Of a stretch of DNA of 64,000 nt, positions 28,086 to 38,417 are shown in pieces. Location of the stretch: positions 62,001-126,000 of the IMG/VR virus record IMGVR_UViG_3300012988_000001; one strand, given 5' to 3'. Position 1 is the first letter of the stretch. Each line of letters starts with the position of its first letter. Both the position numbers and the translations under genes were made by a program. The notes under the pieces were generated by a model. That model was not told the DNA's origin. It saw nothing but the letters and a program-made list of their open reading frames with translations, and ran no database searches.

Positions 28086-28629
28086 AATTATCAATTTAGT
28101 CGGCGGTCCTTGCTGTGGTAAAAGTACTACAGCAGCAGGTCTATTCGCCGCCATGAAACTAAAAACAGAGCAAAAAGTAGAGATTGTTACCGAAGTAATC
28201 AAAGATTATGTCTATGATGAAAACAAAGGGGCAATGCACGACCAGATCCTAATTACTGCTCAACAAAACCACAGACTACGCCGTTTGAATGGGAAAGTGG
28301 ATTTCGTTATTAGTGATGCTTCCCTACTAAATGCTGTGATTTATAACGAATTCTACAAGGATTCTAATAATCTCAGTACTCGATTGTCAATTGATCTCTA
28401 TAACGAGTACGATGACAATTTAGTATTCTTGCTACCTCGCAAGCCACAATATGACCAATATGGTCGTACTCAAACTCTAGAAGAAGCACAAGAGCTAGAT
28501 CGTCTATTTGTTGACAAATTGATTGATTTAGACGTGGATTACTTCGATATGCGACAGTATACACATGAAGTAATGCCAGAGAAAATTCTTCAGATTCTCA
28601 GTAATGTTTACGGATTTGGGATCAAATAA
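28075..28629 (+). CDS. NadR-kinase-like/AAA_28 P-loop nucleotide kinase
   Basis: INLVGGPCCGKST, ISDASLL, YDQYGRTQ. Confidence 0.75.
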   Translation: MQTKIINLVGGPCCGKSTTAAGLFAAMKLKTEQKVEIVTEVIKDYVYDENKGAMHDQILITAQQNHRLRRLNGKVDFVISDASLLNAVIYNEFYKDSNNLSTRLSIDLYNEYDDNLVFLLPRKPQYDQYGRTQTLEEAQELDRLFVDKLIDLDVDYFDMRQYTHEVMPEKILQILSNVYGFGIK

Positions 28630-28630
28630 T

Positions 28631-28813
28631 ATGAAAACTACATTCCACAAAGAATATGATGGCGAAAGTATTTGCGATGTGGCTCGCGACATAATGGAGT
28701 CATTCGACGACCGTTTTAACCCGGAAGTGAAAGATATTCCAGTTGATGAGAATTTTATTCAAGAAGGGCGTTTCATCGTTACGGTACAGTGGACTCCTTA
28801 CGAGGACGAATAA
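28631..28813 (+). CDS. hypothetical protein
   Basis: 60-aa ORF. Confidence 0.6.
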   Translation: MKTTFHKEYDGESICDVARDIMESFDDRFNPEVKDIPVDENFIQEGRFIVTVQWTPYEDE

Positions 28814-29259
28814 TGTTACAACAAGAATGCAATAACATAAAAGTTAATCCATTCTACATGGATCGCAACGCAAGCGACTTTTTAGGGTTTTTGCCAGTAC
28901 TTGACCATGAAGAGAACAGTTATTACACTGTTGAAAATATTCATCCAGAAAAGAACTACGAACGTGTTTCACCAGTATTTGGTGAGTACAACACCGATGT
29001 TAGAACTGAGAAGGAATGGTGGTACGAACAGGAACAATTACCCAAAGGAAGCCGGGAAGTGCACGTTTTAGACCATGAATTCTATCGTGGTGAGGTGTTG
29101 GAGCGTATTGCTCGTTGCCCTTACTGCGTGTGGTTTGTGGGCTGTGATGACGGTGACAAGTTCATGCGGTTCGAGAGTAAAGAAGCAGCCCTAGAGTTCT
29201 TCAAATACATCGATTTCTACGACGAAATTGATGCACATCCCCTTTGCCAGTACTGGTAA
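28813..29259 (+). CDS. hypothetical protein
   Basis: Coupled TAATG start, followed by terminator. Confidence 0.7.
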   Translation: MLQQECNNIKVNPFYMDRNASDFLGFLPVLDHEENSYYTVENIHPEKNYERVSPVFGEYNTDVRTEKEWWYEQEQLPKGSREVHVLDHEFYRGEVLERIARCPYCVWFVGCDDGDKFMRFESKEAALEFFKYIDFYDEIDAHPLCQYW

Positions 29260-29260
29260 T

Positions 29261-29285
29261 AAAAGCACCCATCGGGTGCTTTTTG
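29261..29285 (+). terminator. intrinsic terminator
   Basis: AAAAGCACCC-ATC-GGGTGCTTTTT. Confidence 0.88.
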
Positions 29286-29318
29286 TGTTTCTAATGCATT
29301 GAAATATGTGACATTTTA

Positions 29319-29332
29319 TTGATCTAGGTCAA
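29319..29332. promoter_or_regulatory. FNR box upstream of nrdDG
   Basis: TTGAT-CTAG-GTCAA, 9/10 to TTGAT-N4-ATCAA, abutting the -35 element. Confidence 0.7.
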
Positions 29333-29361
29333 GGGACAAAACGGGTTTTGGGTGATATAAT
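29333..29361 (+). promoter_or_regulatory. GGGACA-class promoter (copy 3), nrdDG
   Basis: GGGACA-17-TATAAT with TG extension. Confidence 0.8.
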
Positions 29362-29408
29362 AATGGGGTACTATCTAAATAAATCACCACAATGACACGG
29401 AGAGTCTA

Positions 29409-31217
29409 ATGAAAAAAGATAATTTATACAATGACGTAACTAGTTTTTTAAATCAAAGCAACCAAGATTTGCTAAATGAAAACGCCAATAAAGATGCAAA
29501 GATAGTCAACACACACCGAGATTTATTAGCTGGTATCCTTTCCAAACACTATGCTGAAGAAGTTATTGCAGAAGATTTAATGCAATGGCATAATGATGGA
29601 TATGGACATATTCATGATCTAGATTACTATATTAGTCCATTAACCAACTGCTGTTTAGTTAATTATGAAGATATGTTAGCTAACGGTTTTAAAATTGGTA
29701 ACGCACAAGTTGGTTCCCCAAATAGTATTGGCGTGGCAAGTACAATACTAACACAAATAGTACTAGCAGTTTCAGCATCACAATACGGTGGTCAATCCCT
29801 ACCACACATTGATCGTGGTTTGGAACCATATGTAGAGAAATCCTATCAAAAACTATTACAACAACAAAAAGAATTTAATCTTAGCGATGAGTATGTTGAG
29901 TATGCATTACGTAAAGAAGTTTATGATGCAATGCAAGCGTTGTTGTATCAAGTGAATACAATCACATCAAGTAATGGGCAAACACCATTCGTCACTATTA
30001 GCTTAGGATTGAGTACTTCTAAGTTCGGTAAAATGATTACTGAATCATACTTGGATGTTCATGAAAAAGGATTAGGAATAGACGGTGCTACACCCGTATT
30101 TCCTAAAGTTGTGTTCTTCCTTCAGGAAGGTATCAATATGAGTACTGAAGATTGTAACTACGATTTAAAACAAAAAGCACTACAATGTGCAGCTAAACGT
30201 ATATATCCCGACTTTGTTTCAGTTCCATTAAACTTGAAAGTAACCAAGAGTACTTCAGAAGCTGTTACTCCTATGGGTTGCCGATCCTTCCTATCCAACT
30301 GGGTTGATGAGAATGGTTCGGAACGTTACAACGGACGCTTTAACTTAGGAGTGGTGAGTATCAATCTTCCATTATTAGCCCTTGAATCGACCTCTGACGG
30401 AGATTTCTTTGCTAAGGTAGACCAGCATATGCAAATGGCATATCGTGCTCAGATGAACCGTGTAGAGCGTTTAAAGAGCATGAAAGCGAAGCAGAACCCT
30501 ATTCTTTTCACTGAAGGAGTTCTTGCACGTTTAGACCCAGAAGATACTATAGAACAGCTATTTTACGATGGGTATGCAAGTATTAGTATTGGATTTGTAG
30601 GTTTAGCAGAATGTTCAGAAATACTCAAAGGTAATGTTGATAAAACGTTCTGTAAGTCTATTCTATCATATATGAAATCTAAGTGTGAAGATTTCAGAGT
30701 GAAGAGTAGATTATCCTTTAGTTTATATGGAACACCAGCAGAGAGTCTTTGCTACAAGTTTGCACGTTCAATTGAGAAGAAATACCCTTCAGTACTAAAA
30801 CGTGATTATATCACTAACTCATTCCACCAGCCAGTATGGATTGAAAGTTCTCCACTAGAGAAATGGAATTATGAAGAAGGTTTTGCATTCTTGAGTAATG
30901 GTGGAAATATTAGTTATGTTGAGACACCAAACCTTAAAAATAATATAGCAGCCTTAGAAGCATTGGTCAATTATGCATATGAACGTGTACCGTACTTTGG
31001 TATTAACCAACCAGTAGATAAATGTTATGAATGTAATTTCGAAGGTGAGTTTGCTGTAGATCGTGATGGTTTCCATTGCCCTAACTGCAATAATAGAAAT
31101 GATAAATCAATGTCGGTTATCCGTAGAGTATCTGGTTATCTTGGAAACCCAACTTCCAGAGGATTTAACAAGGGCAAACAACAAGAATGTGTTGAAAGGA
31201 CAAAACATACAAAATGA
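29409..31217 (+). CDS. nrdD: anaerobic (class III) ribonucleotide reductase, no N-terminal ATP cone
   Basis: HIHDLDY, TNCCL, GQTPF, FPKVVF, TPMGCRS, NLGVVSINL, YGTPAESL, CYEC/CPNC, RRVSGYL glycyl-radical motif. Confidence 0.97.
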   Translation: MKKDNLYNDVTSFLNQSNQDLLNENANKDAKIVNTHRDLLAGILSKHYAEEVIAEDLMQWHNDGYGHIHDLDYYISPLTNCCLVNYEDMLANGFKIGNAQVGSPNSIGVASTILTQIVLAVSASQYGGQSLPHIDRGLEPYVEKSYQKLLQQQKEFNLSDEYVEYALRKEVYDAMQALLYQVNTITSSNGQTPFVTISLGLSTSKFGKMITESYLDVHEKGLGIDGATPVFPKVVFFLQEGINMSTEDCNYDLKQKALQCAAKRIYPDFVSVPLNLKVTKSTSEAVTPMGCRSFLSNWVDENGSERYNGRFNLGVVSINLPLLALESTSDGDFFAKVDQHMQMAYRAQMNRVERLKSMKAKQNPILFTEGVLARLDPEDTIEQLFYDGYASISIGFVGLAECSEILKGNVDKTFCKSILSYMKSKCEDFRVKSRLSFSLYGTPAESLCYKFARSIEKKYPSVLKRDYITNSFHQPVWIESSPLEKWNYEEGFAFLSNGGNISYVETPNLKNNIAALEALVNYAYERVPYFGINQPVDKCYECNFEGEFAVDRDGFHCPNCNNRNDKSMSVIRRVSGYLGNPTSRGFNKGKQQECVERTKHTK

Positions 31218-31684
31218 ATTACCAAACAATAATTAAAGATGATTTAGTTAACGGGGAGGGCATACGTTGCTCTCTTTTTGTTTCTGGTTGTAGTCACGGT
31301 TGCGTTGGATGTTTCAATGAAAGTGCATGGGACTATAGATCAGGTTCAGAATATACCAAAGAAACTGAACAAATAATTCTAAATGAATTAAACAAGAAGT
31401 ACGTAAGTGGATTAACTTTATTAGGTGGAGATCCACTAATGAAGAAAAATATAGATGTAGTACTTAACCTTTGTAGAACAGTTAAAGAAAAATATCCAGA
31501 TAAGAATATTTGGTGTTGGACCGGATACACATTAGACGAAGTTCAATCAAATCATGCGAAAGACATATTGAAATACGTTGATGTATTAGTGGATGGGAAA
31601 TTTGAAGAGTCCCAAAAAGATTTAACATTACCGCATCGTGGTTCCCGAAACCAGAGAGTACTCAAACGTGGAATAGACTACTAA
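31214..31684 (+). CDS. nrdG: anaerobic RNR activating enzyme
   Basis: NGEGIRCSLFVSGCSHGCVGC (CxxxCxxC), LGGDPL, VLVDGKF, RGSRNQR. Confidence 0.97.
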   Translation: MNYQTIIKDDLVNGEGIRCSLFVSGCSHGCVGCFNESAWDYRSGSEYTKETEQIILNELNKKYVSGLTLLGGDPLMKKNIDVVLNLCRTVKEKYPDKNIWCWTGYTLDEVQSNHAKDILKYVDVLVDGKFEESQKDLTLPHRGSRNQRVLKRGIDY

Positions 31685-31705
31685 GCACCCTATGGGTGCT
31701 TTTTT
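31683..31705 (+). terminator. intrinsic terminator of nrdDG
   Basis: AAGCACCC-TAT-GGGTGCTTTTTT. Confidence 0.88.
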
Positions 31706-31715
31706 CGTTTATGAA

Positions 31716-31721
31716 TAAATA
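31716..31721 (+). promoter_or_regulatory. putative late promoter TAAATA
   Basis: About 30 nt upstream of the tail-gene trio, right after a terminator. Confidence 0.55.
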
Positions 31722-31752
31722 TAACAAGGATACCTTTAACTAAGGATATAAA

Positions 31753-34458
31753 ATGACTAAAAAGATATATGGCGGGATGGATGTTAAAAACAATCTAACC
31801 GCACAGGGTAACCGTACAGTACAAAGTATTGACGGAACAGCACTATTCGATAGTAATGGTAATATGTTACTTGATGGTTACACTCAACAAGAAATTAATG
31901 AAATCGTGGGGGTTCTCCCACTATCACACTATGGTACACATAACTATCTCCCTGCTGGTGTAAGTGGTGATTTCGTTGGTGCATCAGAAAACCCAAATTA
32001 CAGAAGAGTAAAAAACTTCATTGAAGATGATGGTACTTTTGTAGCATTACGTTCTGGGTCTAATGGTTCTACTATTGGACTATATTATTCGTACTTAACT
32101 GATATATTGAATAAAACCAATATTAGTACAACATCTGTCAATACAAATAAACAATATGCACCCGGATTTATCCCATCAGGAAGAAAAGTAGTTTCATGTG
32201 TTAGTACTGATGACAAAGTTTTATGCGGTCGAGTTACACTAGCAAACTCAGAAACTGTAGATAATTCTTTATTTTACACTTCCATGATGAATGGTACATT
32301 GGATGATTCACAACATACTGGTTTTATGATCAATGCAAGCACTGTACTTCCTGATGGTGGAGAACTAATTTATTGTATGCGTTTAAATGATGGCTCAATA
32401 TTGTATTTTGGATTGATTTCAGATGCAACACATTTTGATCTATCATTAGTTCAAGTAGTTTTCAATCAAAGTGCTGGTACATTTACGTCATCAAGAATAA
32501 CTGGTTTTAACGGATCGGTTTTCTATCCAATGACAAATACGAATAATATTAAAATTGCAGGTACTCGTTTAAGCTCGACCACTGCCGCACAACCATACCT
32601 TCTAACGGACCCGGCATTAGTTTCTGCTGAACCATTTATGGTTACGTATGATGTATTTGCAGTACAAGATACATCTGGTTCAATTCGTGTTCGTATAAAC
32701 GGAGACTGTTATGTTGCAACAACAACAGATAACATACGTCCACAACATGGATTTAGTTTTGTATTCAATCCAACTTCTAAAGTTGTTGCTTTGGATTCTG
32801 GATATGCACCAAGTGGGGCAGCACCAATGGTGTGTACTGTAACTTCAGGTGTACCTACGGTTACTGGAAATGTAATAACAACGGATGCATTTTATATTCA
32901 CCAAAGTACTGGTAATATCGGATGTGCATATTATTATACCAACTTGAATACCGCAATTTGCGTATATACTCGTAATTTACAATTACCACCAATTATTCAA
33001 ATTTGTAGATATAATACAAATATAACACCGTATCAAATGCAAAACTTTAAGCAATACACTGCCAATATTGAATCTGTCCAGACTGGCCTTTTAATTCAAT
33101 CTTTTGGGTCTATTATTGGTTCATATATTACCGGTACTGAATTGTTAACAAATACTAGTACTAAACAACTTTCAACTCAGGCCGATGGTAATATTGCAAA
33201 TAGTTATGCAATACATGGTTCTGCACCAACATTCTCATTCAAATCGGTAGATTTAGGAACAGTAAATGGATATCAACCAACAGTTCAACGTGCAGAGATA
33301 CCAAATAATAATTCATACAAAATGTTTATGACAACTGTTGATGGTTCAACTGTAACAGCAAATGGTGGCATTTTCGTTCAAGGTGTGCGTGAAAGTACTG
33401 CATTAACTTACAATGCTCAAGGTGGTGGAACTGGAACTATTACAGTTGATTCAACAGCATTGTTGAATTTCAAAAATTCCGAAGTTGCAAAGATGACATT
33501 TACAACTATATCACCAACAGCAAGTAAAGATTGTACATTATACGTACCTAGACAAAGTGACATGCCAGCGTTTGCTATCATAAGTACAGTAAACACCTCA
33601 TTACAATACGTTTATCGTTTAGTTGAAGTTAGTGTTAACACTAGAACTGGCAACATTACTACTATTACGTTTAATAGATTAGTACAGGAAGATGTTCGAA
33701 ATGCTAATCACTATGCTAATGTTCAGGCTAGTATTAGAAATTCTAGTACAGGTGTTACAATTTATAATGGTGGAACATTCTATTTTGTTGCTGGTGCAGA
33801 TCCAATGGTACGCCAAACAATCGGTAATGATTTAGGATTTTATTTCCGAGGTATTGTTAACAAAACCACTTCACAGTTTACACGTCTAGATGTTGATTAT
33901 ACATATACATCATATTCATCATCGTTGCAGCCGTTTGCATTACCGGGACAAGGTTTCGGAATATTACAGCAACAGGATTTAGCATGTAAGATGGTTTTCC
34001 GTTCGTATGGTACTACGATTGCTGATTATGATGCATGGACGGCGGTTGGTTCTCCAATCAACTTAGTATCTCAAGATGTTGCTGAAGGATTCATTGTTTA
34101 TTTCACAGAACCAACTCCAGTTATGTTAAGTGGTAAATCATTTACATTACCAGTTACTAGTATAGATTTAACAACTGTCACTGCATCCCCAGCTAATAAA
34201 ACATTTTATGTTTATGTACAAATGGTACAAGGTATTGCACGTTATACTATTAGTGAATCTGTAATTGCTGAAACTGGGACAACTGCATATAATCTATTCT
34301 GGATTGGAACAATACAAACCAATGCAACACAGATTACAAATATTAATGTACTAAAACGTTCAAGACTTGATATATTTGGTGAATCGTTAACTGCTGCGGG
34401 ATCATCATTCCCAGTAAGTTATGGAACACCAGCAGGTACTGGAACAATTAGTTGGTAA
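31753..34458 (+). CDS. putative tail fibre/baseplate structural protein (901 aa)
   Basis: T/S/N/G-rich beta-strand composition; N- and C-termini paralogous to the next two genes. Confidence 0.75.
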   Translation: MTKKIYGGMDVKNNLTAQGNRTVQSIDGTALFDSNGNMLLDGYTQQEINEIVGVLPLSHYGTHNYLPAGVSGDFVGASENPNYRRVKNFIEDDGTFVALRSGSNGSTIGLYYSYLTDILNKTNISTTSVNTNKQYAPGFIPSGRKVVSCVSTDDKVLCGRVTLANSETVDNSLFYTSMMNGTLDDSQHTGFMINASTVLPDGGELIYCMRLNDGSILYFGLISDATHFDLSLVQVVFNQSAGTFTSSRITGFNGSVFYPMTNTNNIKIAGTRLSSTTAAQPYLLTDPALVSAEPFMVTYDVFAVQDTSGSIRVRINGDCYVATTTDNIRPQHGFSFVFNPTSKVVALDSGYAPSGAAPMVCTVTSGVPTVTGNVITTDAFYIHQSTGNIGCAYYYTNLNTAICVYTRNLQLPPIIQICRYNTNITPYQMQNFKQYTANIESVQTGLLIQSFGSIIGSYITGTELLTNTSTKQLSTQADGNIANSYAIHGSAPTFSFKSVDLGTVNGYQPTVQRAEIPNNNSYKMFMTTVDGSTVTANGGIFVQGVRESTALTYNAQGGGTGTITVDSTALLNFKNSEVAKMTFTTISPTASKDCTLYVPRQSDMPAFAIISTVNTSLQYVYRLVEVSVNTRTGNITTITFNRLVQEDVRNANHYANVQASIRNSSTGVTIYNGGTFYFVAGADPMVRQTIGNDLGFYFRGIVNKTTSQFTRLDVDYTYTSYSSSLQPFALPGQGFGILQQQDLACKMVFRSYGTTIADYDAWTAVGSPINLVSQDVAEGFIVYFTEPTPVMLSGKSFTLPVTSIDLTTVTASPANKTFYVYVQMVQGIARYTISESVIAETGTTAYNLFWIGTIQTNATQITNINVLKRSRLDIFGESLTAAGSSFPVSYGTPAGTGTISW

Positions 34459-34467
34459 GGATAAAAC

Positions 34468-35040
34468 ATGTCATATAAAATTTATGCTGATGTAAATGCA
34501 GCAAGAAATATTGTTGTTCAAGGAAAGAACACAGGTGTTTCAATTACTCAATCAGATGGTACAGTATATAATACGAACAGTGCAGGGGCCATAACGGTCC
34601 CTCTAGCTGATGAGGATTTTACTAATGCGATCATAAAAGATTTTCCACTTTCACAGTACGGAAACCCTTATAGTCCTGCGTTAAATATAACAGTGTCTGG
34701 ATTGAACTTAGTGTTTAACTCAAGTATTCCTCTTTTCATGGGTGGATTATATCTTATGGTTCCAACACAAACATTAACATTGGGTGCTAATAGTACATAT
34801 AATATATACGTACAAACTATTCAAGGTGTCCCATCATATAAATTTAGCCTAAGTGAAGAACCTGAAACTAGTGTTAATATGTTTATTGGGAAAGCAGTTA
34901 CAAACGCATCAACAATAACATCTAATACAATTACTATTGTTTCTCGTTTTAGTATGTATCGTGCTAGTACTACACAAAGGGGTGGTTCATTCCCTGTAAG
35001 TACTGGTCACCCTTCACAAACAGGTTCAATAGGCTGGTAA
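34468..35040 (+). CDS. short paralog of the flanking tail proteins (190 aa)
   Basis: Contains only the shared N-terminal (PLSQYG) and C-terminal (GGSFPVSTGHPSQTG) modules. Confidence 0.75.
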   Translation: MSYKIYADVNAARNIVVQGKNTGVSITQSDGTVYNTNSAGAITVPLADEDFTNAIIKDFPLSQYGNPYSPALNITVSGLNLVFNSSIPLFMGGLYLMVPTQTLTLGANSTYNIYVQTIQGVPSYKFSLSEEPETSVNMFIGKAVTNASTITSNTITIVSRFSMYRASTTQRGGSFPVSTGHPSQTGSIGW

Positions 35041-35049
35041 GGATAAAAC

Positions 35050-37785
35050 ATGTCAAAGAAAATATTTGGTTCTGCTGAAATTAAAGGGAACCTTCAAATT
35101 AATGGAAAGTACGCTATGCGTACCTTCAACGGTATTGCACCAGATGCAAATACTGGCGATGTAAATTATCCCTTCTATCGAAAAGCAGAAGTTGATACAA
35201 TTTTGGGAATGCTACCTGTATCTCGTATCGGGACTATGGACTACTTACCTATAAACGTAAGTGGTTCATTTATTGGTGCATCAAACTATTCATATGTAAA
35301 ATATGTTCAACCTATCATCGTAGAAGATGATGGAACGGCTGTGTATCTTCGTTCTGGTACAAATGGTAGTACATATGGCTATTATTACACTTATGTGAGA
35401 AATATCAGATCTGTATCCAGTTTACAACAAAGTGACGTTGTTACAACCAACACTGAATATAGACCTGCATTTTTTACTGCTAATCAATTAATAAGCCAAT
35501 TCTATGCATCTAATGCATATGAAGTATTATTCTATCAAACAACTGGTGGTACATCGGGTGATACTTATGTACTTGCAATGACAAATAGTACATTGAACCA
35601 AGTATCACATCAATCTGCACAATTTGCATTGAGTACATTTACGAATTTCGATCCAATAAATGCATCAGTTGTTGGTTCGAATATATTCATATGGGGTAAA
35701 GATACAACTGTTACTGATAACGCATATGCGTTAGTACTATACACTGTCCCGGTTGCAAGTATTCGTGCAGGTAATATAAATTCAATGACTAGAGTTACTG
35801 GATATAATGGAAAAACAGTGCGTAATACTACATATACTAATAGTACAAATATTAGAATATGGGATATGTTCAGCAGCTATAGTTCATCCGATCCAGCACT
35901 TTATACAATAAACAATAATGTTAATTATGTTGAAAACTGGCAAAATTTAGAAAAGTACAATATATATTGCGTACCTAATAGTAATAATACATTAGTTCGC
36001 GTTGCAATGTGGTTTAGTACACGTGCTTTGACTAATACTAGTGTTACTAACATGTTAGGTAGTGGATTTAGTTTTACATATAATATCAGTACTAAAACTA
36101 TAACTTACGACCAAACCGTAGGGAATACGATTTCCATTTCTGCTGATGCTGGTGGTACTAATTTTACACGTGTAGATCCATATCAAATAGATACTGTTAA
36201 CATAACAGGTTATGGTTTATCGTTGGGTAACACAGGTAGTGTATGTCAAACTGAAGATGGATTTTTGGTTAGTAATAAATCAAGATGGTCATCATCTCCA
36301 TCATATGGTTTATCTATCGCAAGAGTTACCCCAACCAATACTTATGATTCATGGAATTTGGTTAATAGAACTGCTTCACGACAATCAGCCAATATCGATC
36401 CAGTGTTCGGTTCTGCAATTGGTGAAAACTTATTAGGTGTTAGATTCTTAACTAAAACCAAATTGGTTCTAGCATGTGCAGGTACTGAATCAGGATCTAC
36501 ATCATCATATAATTCATATAGTACAACTACACTAGGAAGTACTAGAACTTACACATATAATTCACTACAGCATGGAACATTAACTGGTTATGCACCACAA
36601 ACTAGGTCAATCTTAGGCGATGGAGCAAATACAGATCAATACACAGCTATGATTTCATTAATAGAAGCAAATGGAGATGTTAGTTCTTATGCGTCATCAT
36701 TCGTAGAAGGTTACGACAAACCAGTACAAGGAAAATACAATACCAGTACTGGTGTATTTGACGGAACGTATACGATGACTGATACTGTTATGCAAAATAT
36801 AAAAAATGCTATCATATCTAGTGCTGGTTTAACCGGATTAACTAAAAGTTTAATAACGATATTTTATGTTCCTGATTCTACATTTGGTAATTCCATTGCA
36901 GTTGTTAAATCACAAAGTAATTCAAACGTCGGTTCAATAGTAACTGCTGAAGTATCTTTGACGTTGAGTTCCAATGCAATTACTGGCGGTAGTGTTATTA
37001 GTACAAATATAAGTACTGGATATAATAATGTTACAGGTGTTGACTCTGGTAGAACTGCACGTAGATTTAATGGGTTAACAATTGCTAAATTTAGTGGTTT
37101 TAACTACATTGGAGTTAGTAGTATTCATTGCTTCAATGTTCCAGCTAATACAACATGGTATTGTTTTATTGGTAAAATAAAAAGTGGTACTATCCAAAGT
37201 GGTCGCACATTACAACAATCATATGTTCAAAGTGGGGCTTTCGAACCGGGTGTGCTTCCGGGAGTTGGTTTTGGAATTTATGATCATACATGGAGTGATG
37301 TTGCAACCAAATCCGTATTTGGATTGTATGGCACATCTGAAGCACAAATGGATGGTTTGATTGCAAATACAGGTTCTGTTATCGATAGAATTGTAGTGGC
37401 ATCACAAGAGGTTCCACAAGGATTTAACGTGTATATAACACAAGAAGTCCCAGTGTTTTTAGGTGGAATATTTGACAAAATAGCCCCAGTGTCGTATAAT
37501 CTAACATCAATACAGGCAAACCCAGCAAACACTACATTTTATCTGTATGTTCAGATGGACAGGGCTACAAGAACAGCATCTTATGTTATTTCTACTAGCC
37601 TCATCACGGAGTCCTTGACGACTTGTTATATTGGTAGTATAGTTACTGGAGCAACCAGCATTGATACGATCACAACAGAAAAGGTGACTCGTTTCCAAAC
37701 ATTCAGACCAAGTGTTACTAAACGTGGTTCTGCGATACCTGCTAGTACTGGTGTCCCTTCAGGAACTGGTACACGCTGGCATTAA
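35050..37785 (+). CDS. putative tail fibre/baseplate structural protein (911 aa)
   Basis: Colinear with 31753-34458 (EDDGT..LRSG.NGS..G.YY.Y; SQ.V..GF.VY.T). Confidence 0.75.
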   Translation: MSKKIFGSAEIKGNLQINGKYAMRTFNGIAPDANTGDVNYPFYRKAEVDTILGMLPVSRIGTMDYLPINVSGSFIGASNYSYVKYVQPIIVEDDGTAVYLRSGTNGSTYGYYYTYVRNIRSVSSLQQSDVVTTNTEYRPAFFTANQLISQFYASNAYEVLFYQTTGGTSGDTYVLAMTNSTLNQVSHQSAQFALSTFTNFDPINASVVGSNIFIWGKDTTVTDNAYALVLYTVPVASIRAGNINSMTRVTGYNGKTVRNTTYTNSTNIRIWDMFSSYSSSDPALYTINNNVNYVENWQNLEKYNIYCVPNSNNTLVRVAMWFSTRALTNTSVTNMLGSGFSFTYNISTKTITYDQTVGNTISISADAGGTNFTRVDPYQIDTVNITGYGLSLGNTGSVCQTEDGFLVSNKSRWSSSPSYGLSIARVTPTNTYDSWNLVNRTASRQSANIDPVFGSAIGENLLGVRFLTKTKLVLACAGTESGSTSSYNSYSTTTLGSTRTYTYNSLQHGTLTGYAPQTRSILGDGANTDQYTAMISLIEANGDVSSYASSFVEGYDKPVQGKYNTSTGVFDGTYTMTDTVMQNIKNAIISSAGLTGLTKSLITIFYVPDSTFGNSIAVVKSQSNSNVGSIVTAEVSLTLSSNAITGGSVISTNISTGYNNVTGVDSGRTARRFNGLTIAKFSGFNYIGVSSIHCFNVPANTTWYCFIGKIKSGTIQSGRTLQQSYVQSGAFEPGVLPGVGFGIYDHTWSDVATKSVFGLYGTSEAQMDGLIANTGSVIDRIVVASQEVPQGFNVYITQEVPVFLGGIFDKIAPVSYNLTSIQANPANTTFYLYVQMDRATRTASYVISTSLITESLTTCYIGSIVTGATSIDTITTEKVTRFQTFRPSVTKRGSAIPASTGVPSGTGTRWH

Positions 37786-37792
37786 AATAATT

Positions 37793-37823
37793 TGAGGTTG
37801 TCTATTGACAGCCTCATTTTTTT
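37793..37823 (+). terminator. intrinsic terminator of the tail operon
   Basis: TGAGGTTGTC-TATT-GACAGCCTCA-TTTTTTT. Confidence 0.88.
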
Positions 37824-37833
37824 CGTCTATAAT
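37805..37833 (+). promoter_or_regulatory. sigma70 promoter embedded in the terminator
   Basis: TTGACA-17-TATAAT. Confidence 0.85.
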
Positions 37834-37853
37834 TTCGGAAAAAGGAGGACACT

Positions 37854-38417
37854 ATGGGTCTAAACAGATTTAAAGCATTGGCGAAGAAGCCACCAATTGA
37901 AACCATTCCTGAAGATGAAGAGTGTCAACTATACACATTAATGTGTGTAAAAAGTGCATCTATGCTACACAAATTCGTCAAGAAGTACGGAGATGATGGA
38001 CGTAGGGTTCTTTTAGAAGTTAAGTACAAACTAAGTAATTGTCCACTTACCTATGGTATGATTCGTGACATTGTTCAAGATTCAAGTAATTGGGTAGTTG
38101 AAAAACCAGCCGGATTTAGTAGCGTTCATTACCGTATAGAAGACAAGCGTAACCATACGGGATTTACTCTTTTCAATCATAGTAAGGGTATAGATCGCGG
38201 TTCGATATACGATAAAGAACGTAAGATATACTCTAAGTTCGAAACTGAACGCATTAAATTGTACTATCGCTCAGAACACGAATTGTTCTGCGATAATGAA
38301 AAGGTTATAGTAGCGAAGGTTCTCTGGACATACACTGAAATGTTAAAGAATCTAGAAGAACTAAAACGTCAACAGAAAATCATGAAAGATTCTGATAAAC
38401 TACGGGGATTATATTAA
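37854..38417 (+). CDS. hypothetical protein (tandem family, 1 of 3)
   Basis: RBS AGGAGG. Confidence 0.75.
   Translation: MGLNRFKALAKKPPIETIPEDEECQLYTLMCVKSASMLHKFVKKYGDDGRRVLLEVKYKLSNCPLTYGMIRDIVQDSSNWVVEKPAGFSSVHYRIEDKRNHTGFTLFNHSKGIDRGSIYDKERKIYSKFETERIKLYYRSEHELFCDNEKVIVAKVLWTYTEMLKNLEELKRQQKIMKDSDKLRGLY

Noticed and set aside
29362-29408. NrdR box upstream of nrdD
   Set aside because: No convincing match to the NrdR palindrome
29409-31217. Intein or intron in nrdD, phoH or the ligase
   Set aside because: Lengths are normal and the conserved motifs are contiguous; no splicing motifs seen
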